Source of the DNA: an uncultured bacterium
GTDB taxonomy: Bacteria; Macinerneyibacteriota; Macinerneyibacteria; Macinerneyibacteriales; DSCS01
Length of the DNA stretch: 22,837 nucleotides
Direction: 5' to 3'
NCBI GenBank assembly: GCA_964548195.1
Contig: CAZJQC010000006.1
Coordinates: 19,855 to 42,691, forward strand
Shown here: positions 9,907-17,756 of the stretch, in pieces
Numbering within the stretch: position 1 is the first letter of the stretch
Layout of the letters: every line of letters begins with the position of its first letter
Program-made: the position numbers and the translations under genes
The notes under the pieces: model-generated
Database searches by the model: none
What the model was told of the DNA's origin: nothing
What the model saw: only the letters and a program-made list of their open reading frames with translations

Positions 9907-12016
9907 CCTTTGTTTGTTTGTTCTGGCGCAGACCTTCGCGGTATGCGGGGCAGAACTGGTCAGTGTGATCCCCTATCATGACGATTACATGGAATTCCAC
10001 GCCGGCGAGGCGGGGGGGATCGAGGACCTTAAGATGAATCCGTCGGTATTCATGGGTTACCCCCGCCAGGTGAGCGGTGGAGCGTACAACGGAGCCTCCG
10101 ATTTTTCCGCGCGCATCTCATTCGGGTATGATTCCCGGGGGCTGTTGTTTTTGATGAGCGTAACCGACGACGTGTTTATAGGGCCGGACACCCTTTCCCG
10201 GCCGGATGAGTATATATTGGATTATGGCTGGGCCGGATCGGTCGTACATAAGGTAAGATGGCCTTTTGCCGGCGAAGGAACCGTGGAAGTGGAGGGCGTC
10301 ACGGTCACCACGCAGATCGTCGACGGGGGATCGCTGTTGTTTATACGCGCGCCCTGGCCTGACGGCAGGGTTTTTTCGGGCATACCCGTGAAGGTGAATT
10401 TTACCGTTTTGGACCGTGACGGCTATAATGAGAAGATTATAAAGCTTTCGGAGATGCCGATGTCCGTATACAGGTCAGAGCGGCAGTTTACGCAGGATGC
10501 CGCAGTGCGAATACTTAAGCCGGCGCCTTACGGGGATGCTGCGCGTGACAGCGGAATATATTGCGAGGTCGATGTTCATTCGGACGGGGTATACGGGTAC
10601 CGCATACTTGTCAACGGGAGGGAAAGCCGCGGTGAGGCGGAGCTTGCCGCCGGCATGAACGCTATGAGAATAAGGACGGCTGCTCATGAGACCGGGACGG
10701 ATAACAGTGTGACATTGTCGGTCGGAAGCCATGAGGACACTGTCTCGTATGTTCAGCCCGCGGCAGGTCCGGTCTATCCCTTTGATTCAAGGGATGTCCC
10801 CGTGCAGGCTTCCGCGCTGATGAGGGATGTAAGCTCTTCCTTCGATTCGCTTAATTATGACGAGGCGCATGAGATATTCAATATAAGAGAGGGCGCAGGC
10901 GGAACGGTGCTTATGATCACCGGGTCATATGACGATATATACGACGCGCTGGTCTCCCCCTTGCTGGCGGACACGTTTTCAGTAAGGGGTTTTGTGCTTA
11001 AAAAAGAGAGCGACATATATGCTATGAATGATCTTTTTTACTGGATGCAGAGCCTTGGCGAAGAACTTCGGGCTGTTGTCATCTTTCCGTCCGGACAGGA
11101 AAAGACAGCGGATTACATGATGAAGAAGATCCGTTATCGGCTTCCGCCGGTGTATCTGCCTTATCCTGAGATCATGGGACGGATGTTCTTTGAACCTGAG
11201 TTTGAAAATCTGAGCAACTACAACATCACCATATTATACGATAAAAACAGGAGCGAGCCTCCGGTTGCGCGTTTTATGAAATATGTGCCTCTGACGTATA
11301 CGGATAAAAACAGCGTATGGGGGATGATAGAAGCGGAAAAATCAGCCGGGGCCCGGAACGGGTATCTTAAAAGCGTCAATATCGGGCATAATCTCCTTCC
11401 CGGCCTGAAAGTATACGGACTTTCCGATTATTCGATGAATTATTTTTCGGTGAATACGGACATGACGGACGAGGCCGGCGTATACACTGAAAACGTCAGT
11501 TGTTTCAGTTATGATATCCCCACGCGCATATCATCGCTGAACATCAACGGCGCTGAATATCCCGTGTTTCCGGGACAGAGAAACTTTTTTATCTTTGATG
11601 AGGAGAGCGGCGTTTGGAATGTGATGGTCGCGGAACATCCGTTCTATCCGTCATTAAGCGATTTTTTCCGGCGCGCCCTGTACGCCGCAGACGCGGCAAG
11701 CATGGATGCTTTTAAACGGATGACCGGCCACCGTCTTTTTGATGGTGACGGGGACGCTGTCATATTCTGCGGGGACACGATGCCGGCCGGCCTTGCCCGA
11801 AGGTTCGGCGTGATCATAAGAGACGGGGAGATCCGGACTGTGAGCGGGAACACCATCGCAGAGGGTGAAAGCTTCGCTGCCGTGTTCTCGGACGGGGAAT
11901 CCCTGCTGCTTTGGTGCAATGTCGACCCCACGCCGTTTATAGATTTCCCCGTGAACTATGTCGTGACCGACAGGGAAGGCAACCCGGAAAGACTGGGAGG
12001 AGTACTGCCCAGATGA
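9890..12016 (+). CDS. Exported hypothetical protein with N-terminal CBM9/DOMON-like sugar-binding-type domain, ~708 aa
   Basis: TTG 9890 after GGAGGAG gives a signal-peptide-like N-terminus (MRSFFSLCLFVLAQTFAVCGA). The segment DFSARISFGYDSRGLLFLMSVTDD...LFIRAPW...VNFTVLDRDG resembles CBM9/DOMON-like domains. It overlaps the upstream gene by 17 nt and dtd by ATGA. Confidence 0.6.
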   Translation: MRSFFSLCLFVLAQTFAVCGAELVSVIPYHDDYMEFHAGEAGGIEDLKMNPSVFMGYPRQVSGGAYNGASDFSARISFGYDSRGLLFLMSVTDDVFIGPDTLSRPDEYILDYGWAGSVVHKVRWPFAGEGTVEVEGVTVTTQIVDGGSLLFIRAPWPDGRVFSGIPVKVNFTVLDRDGYNEKIIKLSEMPMSVYRSERQFTQDAAVRILKPAPYGDAARDSGIYCEVDVHSDGVYGYRILVNGRESRGEAELAAGMNAMRIRTAAHETGTDNSVTLSVGSHEDTVSYVQPAAGPVYPFDSRDVPVQASALMRDVSSSFDSLNYDEAHEIFNIREGAGGTVLMITGSYDDIYDALVSPLLADTFSVRGFVLKKESDIYAMNDLFYWMQSLGEELRAVVIFPSGQEKTADYMMKKIRYRLPPVYLPYPEIMGRMFFEPEFENLSNYNITILYDKNRSEPPVARFMKYVPLTYTDKNSVWGMIEAEKSAGARNGYLKSVNIGHNLLPGLKVYGLSDYSMNYFSVNTDMTDEAGVYTENVSCFSYDIPTRISSLNINGAEYPVFPGQRNFFIFDEESGVWNVMVAEHPFYPSLSDFFRRALYAADAASMDAFKRMTGHRLFDGDGDAVIFCGDTMPAGLARRFGVIIRDGEIRTVSGNTIAEGESFAAVFSDGESLLLWCNVDPTPFIDFPVNYVVTDREGNPERLGGVLPR

Positions 12017-12462
12017 GGGCGCTTCTGCAAAGGGTCACACAGGCGGAAGTCGTTACCGCTGCGGGCCGCACGGGCGTGATCGGGGCGGGACTTTGTGTTT
12101 TTCTCGGTGTGGGGCCGGGCGACGACTGCGGCGAGGCGGAGTATGTTTTCAATAAGATTGTCAATCTAAGGATCTTTCCGGACAGTCTCGGCAGGATGAA
12201 CCTTTCCCTTAAGGATTCCGGGGGCGGGCTGATCGTGATATCTCAGTTCACCCTTTATGCGGACACCGGACGGGGCAATCGTCCTTCCTTCACGGACGCC
12301 GCCCCTCCTGGGGAGGCTGAAGAGGTCTACAAGTATTTTTTGGGACTTGCGGCGAAAAACGGATTTCCTGATGTTCAAAGCGGCGTATTCGGGGCCGAGA
12401 TGAAAGTATCGCTCACAAATGACGGGCCTGTGACAATAATGATAAACGGACGGAAGGGGTAA
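12013..12462 (+). CDS. dtd: D-aminoacyl-tRNA deacylase
   Basis: Motifs MRALLQRV, NLRIF, SQFTL, GNRPSF, GVFGAEM and NDGPVT; 149 aa. The start ATG overlaps the upstream stop (ATGA). Confidence 0.96.
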   Translation: MRALLQRVTQAEVVTAAGRTGVIGAGLCVFLGVGPGDDCGEAEYVFNKIVNLRIFPDSLGRMNLSLKDSGGGLIVISQFTLYADTGRGNRPSFTDAAPPGEAEEVYKYFLGLAAKNGFPDVQSGVFGAEMKVSLTNDGPVTIMINGRKG

Positions 12463-12463
12463 A

Positions 12464-13054
12464 GTGAAGATAAAATATATTCTGGGATCCGCTTCACCGC
12501 GCAGAAGAGAGCTGTTTGAGAGGCTCGGACTTGATTTCAGCGTGGTGACTGCGGATGTCGACGAGGAAAGCTGCGGGATCGAGGGAGACCCTGCGGCAAC
12601 GGTAGAGAATGTGGCTTTGGCAAAGATGAAAGCTGTTGAGAGTATCGCAGGCAGCGGGGATCATGTGCTGGTGACCGCGGACACGGTCGTTTTCGCGGAC
12701 GCCATAATGGGAAAGCCCTCGGATGTCGAAGACGCCGGACGCATGCTCAAAATACTTTCCGGCAGGACACATGAAGTGTACACGGGTGTCGCGCTGACGA
12801 TGGCAGGGCGTACCGAAGTCTTCCACGAGGTCTCCGCCGTCGGCTTTATGGAGCTCGGCGAAAAGGATATCGACTCATATCTGAGAAGCGGTGAATTCGC
12901 CGACAAGGCGGGCGGTTATGCGATACAGGGGCTTGGCGCTTTTTTTATCGAGCGCATTGAAGGCGATTATTATAATATTGTGGGTTTTCCCGTGAACAGG
13001 TTTATAAAAGTCATGAGGGACAGGTTCGGACTGGATGTGCTGTCCCGTGAATGA
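12464..13054 (+). CDS. maf: Maf family nucleoside triphosphate pyrophosphatase
   Basis: Motifs ILGSASPRR, ADTVV, MGKP, LSGRTHEVYTG, DKAGGYAIQG and NIVGFP. Confidence 0.95.
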   Translation: MKIKYILGSASPRRRELFERLGLDFSVVTADVDEESCGIEGDPAATVENVALAKMKAVESIAGSGDHVLVTADTVVFADAIMGKPSDVEDAGRMLKILSGRTHEVYTGVALTMAGRTEVFHEVSAVGFMELGEKDIDSYLRSGEFADKAGGYAIQGLGAFFIERIEGDYYNIVGFPVNRFIKVMRDRFGLDVLSRE

Positions 13055-14339
13055 GCGGCTGCTTGCCTATGATGTCCTTGCGGCATGGGAGACAGAGGGT
13101 TATTTTCACCGTATTGTCAGGGACCGGGGGCTTACGGCTTTTTCGCACAGGATTGCCAAGGGCGTGGTCGAAAACCTTATCTTTTTGGATCATCTGACAG
13201 GGCTGTATGTGAAACGGAATCCGGGAGACCGGGCGCAGCGTATACTGCGCATGGCTTTTTACGAACTTATGTTTAATGATTCTTCAAAGGATTACGCCGT
13301 GACTGACGAGGCGAACAAGCTGGCCGCCAGGGTCGCGCCTTCCAAAAAGGGGTTGATCAACGCGGTGATCAGGAGCTTTATAAGGGACGGCAAGAAGACA
13401 AGGCTGCCGAAAGACGCCCGGACGGCGATTTCGGTGAGATATTCCATGCCTCTCTGGCTGACCGATATGTTTTTGACACAATACGGCGAGGAGAACACGG
13501 TAAGGCTGCTTGAGTTTTTCATGAAGGTGCCGGAACTGGACCTCAGGGCGTCTCAGCCCCGTATCTCCGCTTCCGATCTTGTGGAAAAGCTTGAAAACGG
13601 CGGCTATGAGGCCGCGCTCACTAAAGGTTTTCCTTTGAACGTCAGGCTCAAGGGACTGCCGCGCGTTGAAAGCCTGCCGGGATTTGAAAGCGGTGATTTT
13701 TACGTGCAGGATGCGGCCGCGCAATCCGTCGCGATGCTTTTGGGCCCGGTGCGGGGCCCGGTGCTTGATGTGGGGAGCGCGCCGGGAGGCAAGGCTACTT
13801 ATTTTGCATCCGTGGCCAATGGCCATACTGTCACTGCGCTGGATGTCTCATCCTCGCGGGTGGAGAAACTGAAAGAAAACATCAGACGTATGGGCAGCGC
13901 GGACGTTGATATAGTCATCGCCGATTTCCTGGAGTACCGGCCGGGTAAAAAGTTTACCCATATATTCATAGACGCCCCCTGTTCCGGACTCGGGGTGCTG
14001 CGGCGCAAGCCGGATATAAAGTACAGGATCACTCCGGATGATATCCGTTCTCTTACGGTCCTGCAGGAAAAGATGATGGAAAAATCCTTTGAACTGCTTG
14101 ACGCTGACGGTGAGATCGTATATGCGACATGCACTCTGAACCGGGCGGAGAATGAGGAAATCGTTGAGAATTTCCTCGCGCGTCATCCGGAGATGGAACT
14201 GGCGGGTGCGGCAGGCAAAAAACAATTGAAAAGCACTATGGTTCATGATATATTGACTGTGCGGAAGACTTTTTCGTCTTTTCCGCCGGATACGGACACT
14301 GATGGCATGTTTGGCGCAGTTATACGCAGGAGGGTCTGA
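13047..14339 (+). CDS. rsmB: 16S rRNA (cytosine967-C5)-methyltransferase RsmB/Sun with NusB-like N-domain
   Basis: NusB-like N-terminus (ILRMAFYEL...INAVIR), YSMPLWL, YVQD, LDVGSAPGGK, DAPCSGLG and YATCT (both catalytic Cys present), DGMF. Start is probably GTG 13047; 13035 is an alternative. Confidence 0.92.
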   Translation: MNERLLAYDVLAAWETEGYFHRIVRDRGLTAFSHRIAKGVVENLIFLDHLTGLYVKRNPGDRAQRILRMAFYELMFNDSSKDYAVTDEANKLAARVAPSKKGLINAVIRSFIRDGKKTRLPKDARTAISVRYSMPLWLTDMFLTQYGEENTVRLLEFFMKVPELDLRASQPRISASDLVEKLENGGYEAALTKGFPLNVRLKGLPRVESLPGFESGDFYVQDAAAQSVAMLLGPVRGPVLDVGSAPGGKATYFASVANGHTVTALDVSSSRVEKLKENIRRMGSADVDIVIADFLEYRPGKKFTHIFIDAPCSGLGVLRRKPDIKYRITPDDIRSLTVLQEKMMEKSFELLDADGEIVYATCTLNRAENEEIVENFLARHPEMELAGAAGKKQLKSTMVHDILTVRKTFSSFPPDTDTDGMFGAVIRRRV

Positions 14340-14987
14340 ATGGATTATAAAATATCCGCTTCTATCCTGAATGCAGATTTTTCGGATTTAAAAAGCGACA
14401 TAAGCGAAATAATCGATGCGGTGGATGAGATACATTGCGACGTGATGGACGGCAGCTTCGTGGACAACATATCCTTCGGGGCTCCCGTGATAAAAGCCCT
14501 GAAAAAGACTTTTCCGCATGCATGTTATGACACGCATCTTATGATAAGCGACCCCGGCAAATATTACGGGTCTTACATTGATGCGGGCAGCGGCATACTT
14601 GTATTTCATTACGAGGCCACGCCCCATTCCCATATACTGCTGAGTAAGATCAGGGAAAGCGGTATAAAAGGGGGGCTTTCACTTACGCCTGCGACTCCGG
14701 TGCAGTCCGTGGAGCCGGTAAAGGAACTCCTGGACAGACTGTTGATCATGACTGTGGAACCGGGTTTCGGGGGACAAAAATACATAGATGCGATGAACCG
14801 CAAGATAGAGGCTGCCAGGAAGATGCTGGGCGACGGTGTCGACATACAGGTCGACGGAGGCATAAACGATTTAACGCTGCCGGGCGCCAGGGATGCCGGA
14901 GCCAATGTGTTCGTCGTGGGCTCCTTTATTTTTAGGGCCGAAGACAAACTCGAACGGGTCAGATCGTTACGATCGCTTTTGAAATAA
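14340..14987 (+). CDS. rpe: Ribulose-phosphate 3-epimerase
   Basis: Motifs SASILNADF, HCDVMDG, DTHLMI, MTVEPGFGGQ, VDGGI and GANVFVVGS. Confidence 0.96.
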   Translation: MDYKISASILNADFSDLKSDISEIIDAVDEIHCDVMDGSFVDNISFGAPVIKALKKTFPHACYDTHLMISDPGKYYGSYIDAGSGILVFHYEATPHSHILLSKIRESGIKGGLSLTPATPVQSVEPVKELLDRLLIMTVEPGFGGQKYIDAMNRKIEAARKMLGDGVDIQVDGGINDLTLPGARDAGANVFVVGSFIFRAEDKLERVRSLRSLLK

Positions 14988-15008
14988 TGTTTCTAACAAG
15001 GAGGAGTT

Positions 15009-16241
15009 ATGATAGCTGATATTGAGAGGCTTTATTCCATTAATGCAGGCAACATGAAACGCTCTGTCATAAGAGAGCTGCTTAAGCTTACTTCAAAGCC
15101 TGAGATCATCTCTTTTGCCGGGGGGCTTCCGGCTCCGCAGACTTTCCCGGTCGAGGATCTGAAGAAGATCACTTTGGAGATACTCGAAAAAGAGGGCAGT
15201 AAGGCCCTGCAGTACGGGTCCACCGAGGGTGACGACATGCTCAAGGAAGAGATCATCAAGTTTATGGAAAAAGACGGCACTGCCGGACTGACCAAGGAGA
15301 ATATACTGATAGTCAGCGCGTCGCAGCAGGCCCTGGACATGACATGCAAGCTGTTCATAAACCCGGGTGATCCCGTGGTCATAGGGTTGCCGTCGTATGT
15401 GGGCACTATAAGCGCCATGAGAAGCTACAGCGCCCGCACCATAGGCATCAATATAGACGATGACGGCATGGATATGGACAAGCTTGACGCGGAGATCACG
15501 AGACTGGTCGTGGAGTGTGGCGCTCCCAAGTTCATATACGTGATCCCGGATTTTCAAAATCCCGCCGGCATCACAATCAGCCGTGAAAAGAGAGAAAGGC
15601 TTTTGGAGATAGCGTATAAACATCAGGTGCTGATCGTGGAGGACTCACCCTACCGCAGCCTGCGCTACAACGGCGAGGCCGTGCCGTCGATATACTCACT
15701 TGACAAAGAGGGGCATACCATCGGGCTTTACACCTTTTCCAAGATATTCTGCCCGGGGCTCAGGCTCGGTTGGATAGTGGCGCCGAAAGAGATAATCAAC
15801 AAGTATGTGATCGCGAAACAGGCCATGGACCTCTGTTCACCGCCTTTTTCACAGAAGATAGCCGCATATTACATGAAAGAAGGCCTTCTGGAAGAGCGCA
15901 TATCCAAGAATGTCGAGCTGTACCGGGTGAAAAAGGATGCCATGCTCGCCGCGCTTGAAAAACATATGCCTAAGCGTCCCGACCTCGACTGGACAAAGCC
16001 CGAGGGCGGAATGTTCCTGTGGATGAGAATGCCGGATTTTATAAATATGGACGATCTTTTCTACAAGGCTTTGGATAATAATGTGGCTTATGTGGTGGGC
16101 AGCGCTTTTTATGTAAACGAGGGCGGCAAAAACACATGCCGCTTGAATTTTTCGTACCCGTCTCTTGAGGACATAGACGAGGGAATGCGTCGTCTTGGAA
16201 ACGTGATAAGGGAAGAGATCCGGGCTTATGAGAACAAATAA
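15009..16241 (+). CDS. PLP-dependent class I/II aminotransferase (LysN/ARO8-like, 2-aminoadipate/aromatic type)
   Basis: Motifs SVIRELLK, ISFAGGLP, ALQYGSTEG, PDFQNPAG, EDSPY, PLP-lysine motif TFSKIFCPGLRLGW, PEGGMFLW and RLNFS. Strong RBS AAGGAGGAG. Confidence 0.9.
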   Translation: MIADIERLYSINAGNMKRSVIRELLKLTSKPEIISFAGGLPAPQTFPVEDLKKITLEILEKEGSKALQYGSTEGDDMLKEEIIKFMEKDGTAGLTKENILIVSASQQALDMTCKLFINPGDPVVIGLPSYVGTISAMRSYSARTIGINIDDDGMDMDKLDAEITRLVVECGAPKFIYVIPDFQNPAGITISREKRERLLEIAYKHQVLIVEDSPYRSLRYNGEAVPSIYSLDKEGHTIGLYTFSKIFCPGLRLGWIVAPKEIINKYVIAKQAMDLCSPPFSQKIAAYYMKEGLLEERISKNVELYRVKKDAMLAALEKHMPKRPDLDWTKPEGGMFLWMRMPDFINMDDLFYKALDNNVAYVVGSAFYVNEGGKNTCRLNFSYPSLEDIDEGMRRLGNVIREEIRAYENK

Positions 16242-16245
16242 TATA

Positions 16246-16274
16246 TTGACACTGCCTAATTTTTTTAGTACCAT
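16246..16274 (+). promoter_or_regulatory. sigma70-type promoter
   Basis: TTGACA (16246-16251), a 17-bp spacer and TACCAT (16269-16274) in an AT-rich intergenic region upstream of the RBS (AAGGGGA) and ATG 16302. Confidence 0.7.
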
Positions 16275-16301
16275 TCTATAAAAAATAGAAGGGGGATAAG
16301 A

Positions 16302-17183
16302 ATGAAAAAGATATTAACGGCAATAATATTAATAATATTAATCGCCTTCACCGGATGCACATCCGGCGGAAGCGTAATCCTTGACAAAGCGGCCATCACC
16401 AAGGCCAATAACGCCATCAAGGATCTTGCCAAGATTGTGGAATCATACAAGAGACTCAATGAAGGCAAACTGCCTCCGGAAGAGACACCGTTGTTTGATT
16501 CTCTGAGCGGCTTTTTGACCGAGGCCAAGAAGGAGCAGTTCCTTCCTTCTTTCGAAACGACTTACAGAAAAATGATCGCGGAGATGATCAGCCAGAAGGG
16601 CGGCGTCAATTTCACCAATGAAGAGTACGGCGCCATGATAGCGGAAGCCATCGCCAAGGGTGAGACGAACAAGATGTCTGTTGAGGAAATGAGCGCTTTG
16701 ATCACCAAGTATCTGAATGAAGTCGATGTGCCGAGCATCACCGAGAGCGAAATATACGAGGCCGCTAACTCATTCACGAAAAAGGGAGAGAGCGAGATGT
16801 TCAGCTACGGTGAAGTCACCGCCGTTGTGAGCAGCGCCAGGATTGAAAAGGGCATGTCGGAGCTGTTGACTGAAAAAGACCTGGAAAGCGTAAAAAAAGA
16901 CGCGAAAAAAATATACAGAAGTACGCTTCCTCCTTTCAACACCAACCCCGCGAAAGGCGGTTGGGACGCTCCCAAATGGCTTATCGTCAGGCCTGACGCT
17001 GAAGTCGTTTATCAGCAGAGGATCGACGAGTATGTTGAGAAATTCAACAGGCAGCCTTCAAACGCCACCAAAAGGACATTGCGAAGTGAATCGGAGACCT
17101 ACGCCGAGAACAGCAAAGTCGGATATGTCGTATGGGTGGCAAACGATTCCAACAATTCACTCGTATACGCGAAAGTAAACTGA
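16302..17183 (+). CDS. Hypothetical lipoprotein with a pilin/pseudopilin-like N-terminal helix
   Basis: MKK, a hydrophobic stretch and lipobox FTG-C, followed by KAAITKANNAIKDLAKIVESYKRLNEGKLP. It has its own promoter and terminator. Confidence 0.7.
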   Translation: MKKILTAIILIILIAFTGCTSGGSVILDKAAITKANNAIKDLAKIVESYKRLNEGKLPPEETPLFDSLSGFLTEAKKEQFLPSFETTYRKMIAEMISQKGGVNFTNEEYGAMIAEAIAKGETNKMSVEEMSALITKYLNEVDVPSITESEIYEAANSFTKKGESEMFSYGEVTAVVSSARIEKGMSELLTEKDLESVKKDAKKIYRSTLPPFNTNPAKGGWDAPKWLIVRPDAEVVYQQRIDEYVEKFNRQPSNATKRTLRSESETYAENSKVGYVVWVANDSNNSLVYAKVN

Positions 17184-17202
17184 TTATCGGAGACAATGAC
17201 AG

Positions 17203-17230
17203 GGGAAGGCCAAGCGCCTTCCCTTTTTTT
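17203..17230 (+). terminator. Rho-independent terminator
   Basis: GGGAAGGC-caagc-GCCTTCCC stem-loop followed by T7, 20 nt after the stop at 17183. Confidence 0.85.
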
Positions 17231-17250
17231 CGCAATCGGAGATTTTAAGC

Positions 17251-17736
17251 ATGACTGATCTGCGTAATTATGACGGTATTGAAAGGGAGCTCGTAGAGCT
17301 TATATACAAGGAATATGAAAAAGACCTGAGGGAAGAGAAATTTTCCTATAAGGCCGTGTCATTTATCAAAAGAATCTTTAATAAATCTGACGAGTTGCCG
17401 ATTTCACGCGGCGGTTATATTGAGGACGAGCATGCGGTGGTCATACATGAGCGTTTGAAAGCCCGTGTTATCACCGCAGCTGAAAGCAAAAACCTTATCA
17501 TTGCCAGAACGGGGCAGGTCACTGCGGACATAAAGGCCGTGACGGTATACGTATCCGGAACCGTGGACGGTAACATCGAAGCTAAATATGTATTTGTCAA
17601 AGGGCGTGTCAACGGTGACATAAAAGCCCTGAACGTTGAGATCCTTATAAACGGCCATGTCGAGGGAAATGTCGAGACATCGGGGCTGCTTATGCACAGA
17701 AAGGGGATCTTAAAGGGCAGATGCGATATTAACTGA
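17251..17736 (+). CDS. Bactofilin (polymer-forming cytoskeletal protein)
   Basis: Repeating beta-helix pattern GQVTADIKAVTVYVSGTVDGNIEAKYVFVKGRVNGDIKALNVEILINGHVEGNVETSGLLMHRKGILKGRC. Confidence 0.85.
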   Translation: MTDLRNYDGIERELVELIYKEYEKDLREEKFSYKAVSFIKRIFNKSDELPISRGGYIEDEHAVVIHERLKARVITAAESKNLIIARTGQVTADIKAVTVYVSGTVDGNIEAKYVFVKGRVNGDIKALNVEILINGHVEGNVETSGLLMHRKGILKGRCDIN

Positions 17737-17756
17737 CAAAAACGGAGGAGATGAGT

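Noticed and set aside
4894..12016. Genomic island or mobile insertion carrying the SprA-like pair
   Set aside because: No integrase, transposase, tRNA or flanking direct repeats were seen, and the genes are tightly packed against recN and overlap dtd.
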